The notes under the pieces: generated by a model
What the model was told of the DNA's origin: nothing
The model's database searches: none
Seen by the model: only the letters and a program-made list of their open reading frames with translations
Origin: Mycobacterium sp.
Lineage (GTDB): Bacteria; Actinomycetota; Actinomycetes; Mycobacteriales; Mycobacteriaceae
Length of the DNA stretch: 64,000 nt
Assembly: GCA_036273805.1 (NCBI GenBank)
Contig: DASUGW010000070.1
Coordinates: 643-64,642 of the forward strand
Direction: 5' to 3'
Made by a program: the position numbers and the translations under genes
Part shown: positions 28,007-37,099 of the stretch, in pieces
How the letters are laid out: the number at the start of each line of letters is the position of its first letter
How positions within the stretch are numbered: the stretch's first letter is position 1

Positions 28007-28672
28007 TCAGCGGGGCGTGGCGCCCGGCGCCCGAACCACCATCGGCACGGCCGGGAAGTACGCGGCCATCTCGCTGCGGGACCGGCGCAGCGCGGCCGTG
28101 CCATAGCCGAGCTTGCGGTACTGCGGGTGAATCCAGATGCGGACGTTGACCTCACCGCCGGTCAGCTCACCAAAGACCATGCCGACCTTGTCGGTGCCCT
28201 CGAGGGCCACGAACCAGGCCGCTTCTTCGGCGTCGACCCGCGCCAGTGCCGCACGGATCTCGTCGTCCAGGTCACCGGCAGGAGCGCCGGAGCCGTCGCC
28301 GGCGGCGGCCACGTCATCGGTGCGGGCGGCGAAGATGTCGCGGTCGGTTGCGCCGGAGAACGGCCGCAGCGTCAGGCTGTCGCCCACGCTGGCCGGGCGT
28401 TCCGACGCGGTGAACGTCAGCTGGCTGTTGAGGTCGTCGAGTTCGGCGGCAATGGCCCGGCGGGACTGCTTGGTCAGCTGCTCGAACGACAGCCCGATCA
28501 CGGCCTCGGCGCACGGGGTCGAGGTGCCGAGCAGATTGGCGACGCCGGCCACCGCGTCGGCCCGATCCTCGGCTTCCACGATGGTGTCGAGCACCTCGTG
28601 GCGCCGATCGAGCGCGGTGAGCAGGGCATCGGTGATCTCGCGGCGGGCGGCGGCGATGTCTTGGTCCGGCAT
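28007..28672 (-). CDS. GNAT family N-acetyltransferase with N-terminal GyrA/ParC C-gate-like helical domain
   Basis: C-terminal WIHPQYRKLGYGTAAL acetyl-CoA motif A; N-terminal LLTALDRRHEVLDTI...AEAVIGLSFEQLT; TAGGCT -10 upstream. Confidence 0.8.
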   Translation of the reverse strand: MPDQDIAAARREITDALLTALDRRHEVLDTIVEAEDRADAVAGVANLLGTSTPCAEAVIGLSFEQLTKQSRRAIAAELDDLNSQLTFTASERPASVGDSLTLRPFSGATDRDIFAARTDDVAAAGDGSGAPAGDLDDEIRAALARVDAEEAAWFVALEGTDKVGMVFGELTGGEVNVRIWIHPQYRKLGYGTAALRRSRSEMAAYFPAVPMVVRAPGATPR

Positions 28673-28717
28673 GTGCTTGAGCCTAGATCAGCCGTGCACG
28701 TTGCGTACCCGGGCCGG

Positions 28718-31567
28718 TCAACGCGATGCGCCGTCCACCGGGGCGACGACGGGGGCGCCGTTGTACCCCGCGACACGCACCCAGTTGATCGCCGATCCCC
28801 GGACATCCGGATTCACCGGCGCGGCATGCACGGTCACGCTCTCACCCGGAAACACCGTGACGTAGTTGTCGCTGTATTCGATCGGCAGCACCTCGTCGCC
28901 GTCACGGGTGGACAGCGCCTCGACGCGCTCGAAGAACGCGATCTGGTGAGCGTCGTTGGAAAGACGGACGTTCACCGCGCCCGCCGGGTCGCCCGGAATC
29001 CGTTGCGCCTCGACCCGCAGGGGCACCCGCGGCATCGTGTTCAGTGCCGTCATGTCGGCCCAGCTGTCCTGGGTGAGCGTGAAAGCGGTGTCGTTGGCCG
29101 GGCCGCCGACATCGTCGCGCTGCTGCGACTGCCAATAGACGTTGTCGGCGAGCACCGCGCCGTCGGCGCCGAGCAGTTCGGCCCGCACGAAGAAGACCGG
29201 CGAGTCGGTCGCCTCGCGCGGCAGCGTCATCGCCAAGGCGGCGCCGTTGGACGACACGTCCACCGGCGCGGAGGTGCGGTCGTCGCGCAGGTTGCCGTTC
29301 AGGTCGTAGACCCGGATACGCGCCCGCAGATCGTCGCGGTCGTCACCGGTCTGGTTGACAATGGTGATCTTGGCCGCGGTGTGGTCATCGGTGGCATAGG
29401 AGTCGAACACCACCGACAGCGGGCGCAGGCCGTCTTTGGCGCCGTAGTAGGCGCCGCCGGGACGCAGGTAGTAGTCGAAGAGATTGCCGAAGAACGACGG
29501 CCAGTGGTTGTTGAGCATCCAGTAGATCGTCATCTTGTGGTCTGCCCAGCCGTTCGCGGCATACGACTCGAACTGCGCGCGCGTCGATTCGTAGTGTGCG
29601 AGTTGGGCTTTGCGTGCGAACTCCTCGGCACTGGCCGACGAGCCGTAGCGGCGCACCACCGCCGCGCGGATGCTGCTGAGCTGAGAGTTGTTGGCATCGG
29701 CACCGGCGTGGAAATACCAGGTGTCGTTGATCGGCCACAGCTTGTCGGCCGGGATGAACTCCTTGAGGCTGGCGAACGGCGGGATGTGTTCGTTGTCCCC
29801 CTGCTCGGCCGACGAGCCCATGGTGGCCGGATACGTTCCCGCAAACCAGTAGCTGGGTGGCCGCCAACTGTACGGCCCGGCCATTTGAATTCCGTCCCAG
29901 GCGATGTCGCCGTCGTCGTCACGGTTGATCGACGAGACGGTGTCGACCGTCGCGTTCTGCCAATGCAATTCCGACAGGATGTCGCGATACCACCCACGCA
30001 CCTCCGGTGGCGGGCGCCCGTCGCTGCCGTTGGCCCACAGGAACGCCGACGCGTGCGGACGCAACTCCTCAATCTGTGAGCGCATGCTGTCCTGGGCGAC
30101 CTGACGGTCCTCGGGGTTCCACTGACCCCATTTCTCCCACTGGTTGCAGCACATCCAGCCGTACATCATCGGGATGCCGAGTTCGTCGGCCTCGTCGAGC
30201 AGATGCTCGCCGGGGAACTTCCCTTCCAGTCGCACCATGTTGAGGCCGAGGTCTTTGACGTAACGCAGGACCGCGGTCTCGCGCGCCGGGTCGTTGCGGA
30301 ACAACAGGTCCGGCGCGTACGTGGCACCGCGCACCAACATGTCCCGGCCGTTGACCTGCAGGTAGAAATTGCCGCCGGTGCCCTGGCCGGGCAGCGGTGC
30401 ATTGCCGTCTCGGTGTCCGGTGACGGTGCGGATACCGAAGCGCTGGGTGGTGGCGTCCAGCACGCGGTCGTACTGGCGGAATTCCAGGTGCAGGTCATAG
30501 AGGTTGGGCGCACCCAGCGTGTAGGGCCACCACAGGTCCGGGTTGTGCACCGTCAGCGCGGCGAACGACTCCGGGGACAAAGCGATCTCGCGGTCCTCCC
30601 CCGGCTGCAGGGTCACCGATTGCTCGACCTCGATATCGGGCTTTCCCGGGCGGGTGATGGTGGCCCGGAGCGCGCCGTGCACGGTCCGCGCCGAGCTGTT
30701 GCGCGCGTCGGCGTACACGGTCAACCGGGCGGAATCGGTTTTGGGCAGCGGAAGTTCGGTCGTGACGGCGGCCGGGCCCAACGACACCGCGCCGGATGCC
30801 TTGAGGTACACGGGTTTCCAGATGCCGGCGTTGCGGTCCGGGACGAACGAGATGTTGTTGGCGGCTCCGGCCGGGGTGGCGACCGTCGCCGTATGTGGGG
30901 CGTTCTGGTACCCCGCTTGATAGCCGATATAGCGGCCGTTGAGCCAGTCCCACCAGCTGTCGGCCAGCTCGACCCCGTCGACGTCCTGCAGCGCACGCTC
31001 GGGAGTTATCTTGACAGCCAGCGTATTCGGGCCGCCGGGGTTCACCGCCGCGCTGACGTCGAGGTCGTGGGAGGTGTACATGCCGACGATCTGGTCGGAT
31101 CCGGCGATCAGCCGTCCGTTGAGCCACACTTCGGCGCGGTAGTTGATGCCCGGGAACTGCAACGTGTAGGTCGAATGACCGGCCGGTGCGGTGAATGTGG
31201 TGCGGTACCACCAGTCCTGTTCGTAGAGGTCGCGCGGAACCGCGTCACGCAGGTTGGTGCCGTTGTAGAGATCGCGGTAGACCCCGTCGTCCTGCAGCGC
31301 CTGCAGGACGGTCGCGGGCATCTGCTGCACGGCGTGCCACCCGCGGTCGTCGAACCTCGACGACGAGACCGCGGCGCCGTCGAACGGCACCGCGCGCGCC
31401 GATGCGAGCTTCCAGCCCTGTGCGAGTTCGATCGACGCGGGGGCGGTCTCGGAGCCCGCGAACGACGGCAGGTCACCGGCTACTGCGACGCCAAGAAGTA
31501 CCAGCAGCACCGCCAATGCGGCGGCGACGATCTTGGGGCCGAGGGCCCGGCGCTGGCCACCGGCGAT
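28718..31567 (-). CDS. Glycoside hydrolase family 2, exo-beta-D-glucosaminidase (CsxA)-like, exported
   Basis: DWWYRT, GINYRAEVWLNG, FGIR, NMVRLEGK, GWMCCNQWE, NGSD, GPY, YWMLNNHWP; first canonical start TTG 31516, probable true start ATC 31567. Confidence 0.85.
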   Translation of the reverse strand: MAGGQRRALGPKIVAAALAVLLVLLGVAVAGDLPSFAGSETAPASIELAQGWKLASARAVPFDGAAVSSSRFDDRGWHAVQQMPATVLQALQDDGVYRDLYNGTNLRDAVPRDLYEQDWWYRTTFTAPAGHSTYTLQFPGINYRAEVWLNGRLIAGSDQIVGMYTSHDLDVSAAVNPGGPNTLAVKITPERALQDVDGVELADSWWDWLNGRYIGYQAGYQNAPHTATVATPAGAANNISFVPDRNAGIWKPVYLKASGAVSLGPAAVTTELPLPKTDSARLTVYADARNSSARTVHGALRATITRPGKPDIEVEQSVTLQPGEDREIALSPESFAALTVHNPDLWWPYTLGAPNLYDLHLEFRQYDRVLDATTQRFGIRTVTGHRDGNAPLPGQGTGGNFYLQVNGRDMLVRGATYAPDLLFRNDPARETAVLRYVKDLGLNMVRLEGKFPGEHLLDEADELGIPMMYGWMCCNQWEKWGQWNPEDRQVAQDSMRSQIEELRPHASAFLWANGSDGRPPPEVRGWYRDILSELHWQNATVDTVSSINRDDDGDIAWDGIQMAGPYSWRPPSYWFAGTYPATMGSSAEQGDNEHIPPFASLKEFIPADKLWPINDTWYFHAGADANNSQLSSIRAAVVRRYGSSASAEEFARKAQLAHYESTRAQFESYAANGWADHKMTIYWMLNNHWPSFFGNLFDYYLRPGGAYYGAKDGLRPLSVVFDSYATDDHTAAKITIVNQTGDDRDDLRARIRVYDLNGNLRDDRTSAPVDVSSNGAALAMTLPREATDSPVFFVRAELLGADGAVLADNVYWQSQQRDDVGGPANDTAFTLTQDSWADMTALNTMPRVPLRVEAQRIPGDPAGAVNVRLSNDAHQIAFFERVEALSTRDGDEVLPIEYSDNYVTVFPGESVTVHAAPVNPDVRGSAINWVRVAGYNGAPVVAPVDGASR

Positions 31568-31662
31568 GGTTGTTCTCCTGCTTCGAGTCGCTGCGATCGG
31601 TACGCCGATACCTTACGAGATATTCACCGTGCCGCTAAGTTTGGCCGACCGCTGGGCTAAAC

Positions 31663-31676
31663 TAGAACACGTTCCA
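31663..31676. promoter_or_regulatory. KstR operator
   Basis: TAGAACACGTTCCA is an exact TnnAACnnGTTnnA match, upstream of the Rv1894c-like gene. Confidence 0.8.
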
Positions 31677-31714
31677 GTTTGACGCTTCCATGACAGGCCT
31701 ACCAGGAGCCGACC

Positions 31715-32848
31715 ATGCATACTCCCCTGTGCGACCGACTCGGCATCGAGTTTCCGATCTTCGCATTCACCCACTGCCGCGATGTCGTCGTCGCCGTGAG
31801 CAAGGCCGGCGGCTTCGGCGTGCTCGGCGCCGTCGGCTTCACCCCCGAACAACTCGAGATCGAACTGAACTGGATCGACGAGCACATCGGCGACCACTCA
31901 TATGGCGTCGACATCGTCATCCCGAACAAATACGAAGGCATGGACTCGGTCGACCTGGACCCCGAGGTGCTCAAGAAGCAACTCAACGCCCTGGTGCCAG
32001 AAGAGCATCTGGCGTTCGCCAAGAAGATCCTCGCCGACCACGGCGTGCCCGTCGACCACAGCGACGACGATGCTCTGCAACTGCTGGGCTGGACCGAAGC
32101 CACCGCCACCCCGCAGGTGGAGATCGCGCTGAAGCACCCCAAGATGACGCTGATCGCCAACGCGCTGGGCACTCCGCCCGCCGACATGATCAAGCACATT
32201 CACGACGAAGGCCGCGTCGTGGCCGCGCTGTGCGGATCGCCGTCGCAGGCCCGTAAGCACGCCGACGCCGGAGTGGACATCATCATCGCCCAGGGCGGCG
32301 AGGCCGGCGGACACAGCGGTGAGATCGGCTCGATTGTGCTGTGGCCCCAGGTGGTCAAGGAGGTCGCGCCGGTGCCGGTGCTGGCTGCCGGCGGTATCGG
32401 CAGCGGTCAGCAGATCGCGGCGGCGCTGGCGCTCGGCGCGCAGGGCGCCTGGACCGGTTCGCAGTGGGTGATGGTCGAGGAGAGCGAGCACACCGAGCAG
32501 CAGCACGCCGCCTACGCGAAGGCCACCAGCAAGGACACCGTCCGCAGCCGTTCGTTCACCGGCAAGCCGGCCCGCATGCTGCGCAACGACTGGACCGAGG
32601 CCTGGGAGCAGCCCGAGAACCCCAAGCCGCTCGGAATGCCGTTGCAGTACATGGTTTCCGGCATGGCGGTGGCTGCCACCCACAAGTACCCCAACGAGTC
32701 GGTGGACGTCGCGTTCAACCCGGTGGGCCAGGTTGTCGGTCAGTTCAGCAAGGTCGAGAAGACCGCGACGGTGATCGAGCGCTGGGTGCAGGAATACCTG
32801 GAGGCTACGGCCACCCTCGAGGCGCTTAACGAGGCTGCCGAGGCCTGA
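31715..32848 (+). CDS. Nitronate monooxygenase family flavoprotein (Rv1894c-like)
   Basis: PIFAFTHCRDVV, AQGGEAGGH, LAAGGIGSG, WTGS, FTGKPAR; AGGAG SD. Confidence 0.92.
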   Translation: MHTPLCDRLGIEFPIFAFTHCRDVVVAVSKAGGFGVLGAVGFTPEQLEIELNWIDEHIGDHSYGVDIVIPNKYEGMDSVDLDPEVLKKQLNALVPEEHLAFAKKILADHGVPVDHSDDDALQLLGWTEATATPQVEIALKHPKMTLIANALGTPPADMIKHIHDEGRVVAALCGSPSQARKHADAGVDIIIAQGGEAGGHSGEIGSIVLWPQVVKEVAPVPVLAAGGIGSGQQIAAALALGAQGAWTGSQWVMVEESEHTEQQHAAYAKATSKDTVRSRSFTGKPARMLRNDWTEAWEQPENPKPLGMPLQYMVSGMAVAATHKYPNESVDVAFNPVGQVVGQFSKVEKTATVIERWVQEYLEATATLEALNEAAEA

Positions 32849-32863
32849 TTTCAGCCCGAATCG

Positions 32864-32894
32864 CCGGCGCGCGGTTGCGCGAAACGCGGGCCGG
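32864..32894. terminator. GC-rich imperfect inverted repeat after the nitronate monooxygenase gene
   Basis: ccggc-g-cgcg...cgcg-g-gccgg. Confidence 0.35.
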
Positions 32895-32934
32895 GCAACG
32901 CCGAATTCACTGCTCACAGTGGTTTGCTTGAGAT

Positions 32935-33426
32935 ATGCAGTGGAGTCGAGATCTGTTGGTTCCGTCCGGCCTTGCCGCCGTGGCGGCCGGGGCGGCACTG
33001 GTGGTCGTCACCGCGACGCCACCGGGCGCCGAACACGTCTTGGCGCCGGCCGCCGCGGCGCCGTCTCCCGCCGCCGGCGCCGTCAAGACCGATGCCCGGG
33101 GATTCCTGGACTCCGCGGCGCGGTGCCCGGACGGGCAGACCGCGGTGGCAATCGGCCATACCCAGCGGTCGCTGGTGGTGGTCTGCACGACTCCGGGTGA
33201 CGGACCCTACGAGTACCGCGGTGTGCGGGTCAGCGACGGTGCGCTGCTGAAGGCCGACGCGAAGGTCGCCGATGGGGGCTTCGTCGCCGATGCCGACGGC
33301 GTCACATACACGGTGACCCCGAAAACGCTGACCGTCGTCTCCGGCGGCAAGGTGATCTACCGCGACACCTGGATCGACTTCCAGCAGCCGAGGTTCTCCG
33401 CCGAATCTGGTGCATCCGCCGGCTGA
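32935..33426 (+). CDS. Hypothetical exported/membrane-anchored protein with a two-Cys beta domain
   Basis: N-terminal hydrophobic segment; TDARGF...ARC...VVVC...YEYRGVR pattern. Confidence 0.7.
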   Translation: MQWSRDLLVPSGLAAVAAGAALVVVTATPPGAEHVLAPAAAAPSPAAGAVKTDARGFLDSAARCPDGQTAVAIGHTQRSLVVVCTTPGDGPYEYRGVRVSDGALLKADAKVADGGFVADADGVTYTVTPKTLTVVSGGKVIYRDTWIDFQQPRFSAESGASAG

Positions 33427-33430
33427 CGAA

Positions 33431-33841
33431 TTACGACGCCGGCGCGGAGGCCGGACCCGGTGTCACGCCGGGAGCCGGGGACAGGGCCGGGCCGTCCGGC
33501 GGGGACGGCGCTGACGGCGGCGCCTGCGGGCTGGCGGGCAATCCCTGGGCGGGCGCGTCCAGCGGCATCTGGGCCAGCAGCAACAACGCATTACGGCCGG
33601 TGAGCTGGTGGGCCTGCACCGCCTGCCAGAGGTCCTGCAGGTACCCCATCCGCCCGCCCGAGTCCGGGGGTGGGGTCGAGACGGTGCCCGGCGGAAGATT
33701 CTCCGGACTGCTCAAGTGTGGGACACCGACGGTGGGTGCGGGCGTGCTGCCGGCATCGTCGGCCAGCGCGGGGGCTGCCGTCATCATCATCGCGGCCACA
33801 CCGATCAGCACCGGCTGGCCGAGAGTGCGAAATCCTGCCAT
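33431..33841 (-). CDS. Secreted Pro-rich protein resembling the RpfA C-terminal tail, with no Rpf catalytic domain
   Basis: Signal peptide (ALA-D); VPHLSSPENLPPGT and GYLQDLWQAVQ...ALLLLAQ motifs. Confidence 0.72.
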   Translation of the reverse strand: MAGFRTLGQPVLIGVAAMMMTAAPALADDAGSTPAPTVGVPHLSSPENLPPGTVSTPPPDSGGRMGYLQDLWQAVQAHQLTGRNALLLLAQMPLDAPAQGLPASPQAPPSAPSPPDGPALSPAPGVTPGPASAPAS

Positions 33842-33849
33842 AACTGTGC

Positions 33850-33876
33850 TTCGCCCTGCTAGGTCACCACTGTTAC
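33850..33876 (-). promoter_or_regulatory. SigD-like promoter (probably leaderless)
   Basis: Minus strand GTAACA-N17-CGAA, 8 nt before ATG 33841. Confidence 0.5.
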
Positions 33877-34014
33877 ACAAGTGAATGCTGGCACTTCTGA
33901 GGTGCTCGCGAAGCCTTTCCGGCGAACTCGCCGAACTCGCCGCGGGCGCTCGGTCGGCGGTGTAGGAATTTGCATACGCCATCACTGCGACACCCCTTAC
34001 GAAAGAGCGTGCCG

Positions 34015-35265
34015 ATGCCGTCCACAACGCGCCCAGACCTGCCGCCGGGCTTCGATTTCACCGATCCCGACTTGAACCTCGAGCGGCTGCCGGTCGAGGA
34101 ACTCGCCGAACTGCGCCGCGCGGCACCGATCTGGTGGAACGAGCAGCCCGGTGACTCGCCGTTCGGCGACGACGGCTACTGGCTGGTGACCAAACACAAA
34201 GATGTCAAAGAGGTCTCCCGGCGCAGCGACACCTTCTCCAGCGAGGAGAAGACTGCGCTCCCCCGTTACCCGGCGAGCTCTACCCGCGAGCAGATCGAAA
34301 CGGGCAAGGTCGTCTTGCTCAACATGGACGCGCCGCGCCACACCCACCTGCGTCAGATCATCTCGCGCGGGTTCACACCCCGCGCCGTCGAACGGCTGCG
34401 CGAGGATCTCAATCAGCGCGCTCAGAACATCGCAAAAGCGGCCGCAGCGGAGGGCTCCGGCGACTTCGTCGAGCAGGTCGCCTGCGAGTTGCCGTTGCAG
34501 GCGATCGCGGGCCTCATCGGCGTCCCACTGGAGGACCGCCGCAAGCTGTTCGACTGGTCCAATCAGATGGTCAGCGACGACGATCCGGAATTCGGACATT
34601 ACGACAGCGGCGGTGCGTCCGTCGAGCTGATCATGTACGCGATGCAACTCGCGGCGATCCGCGCGAAGGAGCCCGGCGAGGACATCGTCACCAAGTTGAT
34701 CGAGGCCGATGTCGACGGCCACAAGCTCTCCGACGACGAGTTCGGGTTCTTCATGGTCCTGCTCGCGGTGGCGGGCAACGAGACGACCCGCAACTCCATC
34801 ACCCACGGCATGATCGCCATGGCGCAGCACCCCGATCAGTGGGAGCTCTACAAGCGTGACCGGCCTGCCACAGCGGTGGACGAGATCGTCCGGTGGGCCA
34901 CCCCGGTGACCTCGTTTCAGCGCACGGCCCTGGTCGACACCGAGTTGTCCGGGGTGACGATCAAGAAGGGCCAGCGGGTGGTGATGTCCTACCGTTCGGC
35001 GAATTTCGACGAAGAGGTCTTCGACGATCCGTTCACCTTCAACATCCTGCGGGATCCGAACCCCCACGTCGGCTTCGGCGGCACCGGCGCGCACTACTGC
35101 ATCGGCGCGAACCTGGCGCGCATGACCATCGATCTGATGTTCAATGCGATCGCCGACCACATGCCCGATCTGACGTCGGTGGGAAGCCCGGAGCGCCTAC
35201 GTTCCGGCTGGCTCAACGGCATCAAGCACTGGCAGGTCGACTACTCGGGCACCGGCGCCGGCTAG
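34015..35265 (+). CDS. cyp125: Cytochrome P450, CYP125-like steroid C26 monooxygenase
   Basis: LPPGFDFTDPD, LLNMDAP, LAVAGNETTRN, EIVR, GFGGTGAHYCIG, SGWLNGIKHWQV. Confidence 0.85.
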   Translation: MPSTTRPDLPPGFDFTDPDLNLERLPVEELAELRRAAPIWWNEQPGDSPFGDDGYWLVTKHKDVKEVSRRSDTFSSEEKTALPRYPASSTREQIETGKVVLLNMDAPRHTHLRQIISRGFTPRAVERLREDLNQRAQNIAKAAAAEGSGDFVEQVACELPLQAIAGLIGVPLEDRRKLFDWSNQMVSDDDPEFGHYDSGGASVELIMYAMQLAAIRAKEPGEDIVTKLIEADVDGHKLSDDEFGFFMVLLAVAGNETTRNSITHGMIAMAQHPDQWELYKRDRPATAVDEIVRWATPVTSFQRTALVDTELSGVTIKKGQRVVMSYRSANFDEEVFDDPFTFNILRDPNPHVGFGGTGAHYCIGANLARMTIDLMFNAIADHMPDLTSVGSPERLRSGWLNGIKHWQVDYSGTGAG

Positions 35266-36458
35266 TTTCCTTCCCGGAACCGGTTCAGGCTGCCGATCTT
35301 GTCGAGAATCCGATCCCGCAGCCGCGGCTGCGCCGGTACCTGCGGTGCAACGACCGGGTAGGCGGATTGGGGTACGGCGGCGTCGGCCGGATTCTGCGGC
35401 GCGGGCATCGCCGTTTCGGCATCACCTGCGTCCGTGACCGGAGCTTCGCGCGGTTGCACGACCAGCTGGGCTTCCTGAGGAGGTTGCGTGTCGGGAACCT
35501 CAGGCGTGGCGGCGGGTACGTCGTTGGTGGTTTGCGGCCGGACTTCCGGCTCGGGTACTACGGCGGCCGGTGGCTCGGGTCGCGGCGCCGCCGGCGGTGC
35601 GACCAGCGGGGCGGCCAGGCGCGCGGCGGTCGGCGGAGGCTGGCGGTCGGGCAACAGCAAGGGGCTGACCAACAGCGAGGTCGAGACCACGATCGCCGCC
35701 GCGCCACCGGCCAGCATGCTCAGCGGCAGCGCCAATGGGCGCCGGGGGGTTCGCGGGCCGGCGTCCAGCGGGTAGGGCTCGGCAGAGTCGAAGAACACCG
35801 GGCGGGTTGCCGACGCCAGCGCCGCGCCGTGCGCCAGCGCCAGCTCGGCTTCCGGTGGGTCATACACGGCGATGCCCAGGTGCTCGTCGAGGCGCGCGGC
35901 CAGACCGCCGAGCCCGGCGACCGAGCCGACCAGAAACATCGCCTCCGGGCTCCAGTTGCCCTGCGCGATGACGGCCTCCACCCATTCGGTGAGCGCGTCC
36001 GCACTGCGGACGGAGCGCGTGGACACCGTCTCGGTCCAGCCGGTGAAGGTGTCGATGAACGACAGCATCACCGACTCGGGGTCGACGAAACACACTGCGG
36101 TACGCCGATAACCGACCACATTGCTGATGCCACGGGTCAGCGCCTCAGCGGCGTGTGGCACGCCGATGGCGATTACGTTGTCGAAACCCGCGTCCGCCAG
36201 TGAGTCCAGCACCAGGGCGGCTTCCAGGTCGGCGTCCTCGCTCCAGGTGACGCCGATCGTGCGCAGTCGGTGCCCGTCGGCCATGGCGATGCTGAGCACC
36301 GCTTCAGCCACCTGCTCGGAGGCGCGGGCCACCGGAATGTCGGGAGCGAAAACCTCGAAGTCGTCGTGTTCCAGGGTGACCCCGGCCGCGTCGCGTCCTT
36401 CGACCAGCACGGTTTGGACATTGGTGGTGCGTACCGCCAAGCCCAGCACCGTGTCCAT
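35262..36458 (-). CDS. Rv1887-like hypothetical membrane protein
   Basis: MDTVLGL, IGVTWS, AGFDNV, ALAHGAALA, single TM, Pro-rich tail. Confidence 0.78.
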   Translation of the reverse strand: MDTVLGLAVRTTNVQTVLVEGRDAAGVTLEHDDFEVFAPDIPVARASEQVAEAVLSIAMADGHRLRTIGVTWSEDADLEAALVLDSLADAGFDNVIAIGVPHAAEALTRGISNVVGYRRTAVCFVDPESVMLSFIDTFTGWTETVSTRSVRSADALTEWVEAVIAQGNWSPEAMFLVGSVAGLGGLAARLDEHLGIAVYDPPEAELALAHGAALASATRPVFFDSAEPYPLDAGPRTPRRPLALPLSMLAGGAAAIVVSTSLLVSPLLLPDRQPPPTAARLAAPLVAPPAAPRPEPPAAVVPEPEVRPQTTNDVPAATPEVPDTQPPQEAQLVVQPREAPVTDAGDAETAMPAPQNPADAAVPQSAYPVVAPQVPAQPRLRDRILDKIGSLNRFREGN

Positions 36459-36668
36459 AAATGCAGCTCCCTTCGTGCCAGCCGCGTCAGCACCGCAGGA
36501 GCGATGCGCAGACTGGCACTCGACGGCGGGCAGCGCGGTCCGGCCGGCGCCTCACCAACCCCACTTCTCTACCGCATCCGGTGCCAAAATGCGAACCCTG
36601 GCAGAGCTATCCCAGCTCGGCGCCCTGCGCGCTGCGGCATGCGCCGAGTGCCGCCCGCCGACACGGTG

Positions 36669-37010
36669 TTAGCGCGCTGACGGCATCGCAGCGACCAGCG
36701 GCGTGTCGACGCCCAGGGGGCCGACGCCGGCGGCCCCACCGGGGTCGCCCAGCGGCGCGTCGCGGCCGGGCAGGATCTCGGTGAAGAACGCGGCGTTGTC
36801 GGCCAGATGCTGCCGCTGGTCTTCCGGTAAATCTGCCTCGAAGTAGATGGCGTCCATCTTGCAGATGAATGCGCATGCCGCGCAGTCGACGCACTCGTTC
36901 GGATTGATATAGAGCGACCGCTCACCCTCGTAGATGCAGTCGGCGGGGCAGTCTTGAACACACGATTTGTCCACCACGTCCACACACGCGGAGCCGATCA
37001 CGTAGGTCAT
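36669..37010 (-). CDS. fdxA: Ferredoxin (7Fe FdxA-type)
   Basis: MTYVI..CVDVVDKSCVQDCPADCIY..YINPNECVDCAAC. Confidence 0.88.
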   Translation of the reverse strand: MTYVIGSACVDVVDKSCVQDCPADCIYEGERSLYINPNECVDCAACAFICKMDAIYFEADLPEDQRQHLADNAAFFTEILPGRDAPLGDPGGAAGVGPLGVDTPLVAAMPSAR

Positions 37011-37099
37011 GTCATCACGGTAGGTTCCGCGGCGCGCCCGCCGGCGCGGCGAAAGTCCCTTTTCCCAGGACCTCGGACACCAGTGAGATCACCGGCCGG

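Noticed and set aside
33842-34014. KstR box for cyp125; short cgaactcgc tandem duplication
   Set aside because: No TnnAACnnGTTnnA match; a 9-bp two-copy repeat is not significant at this GC content
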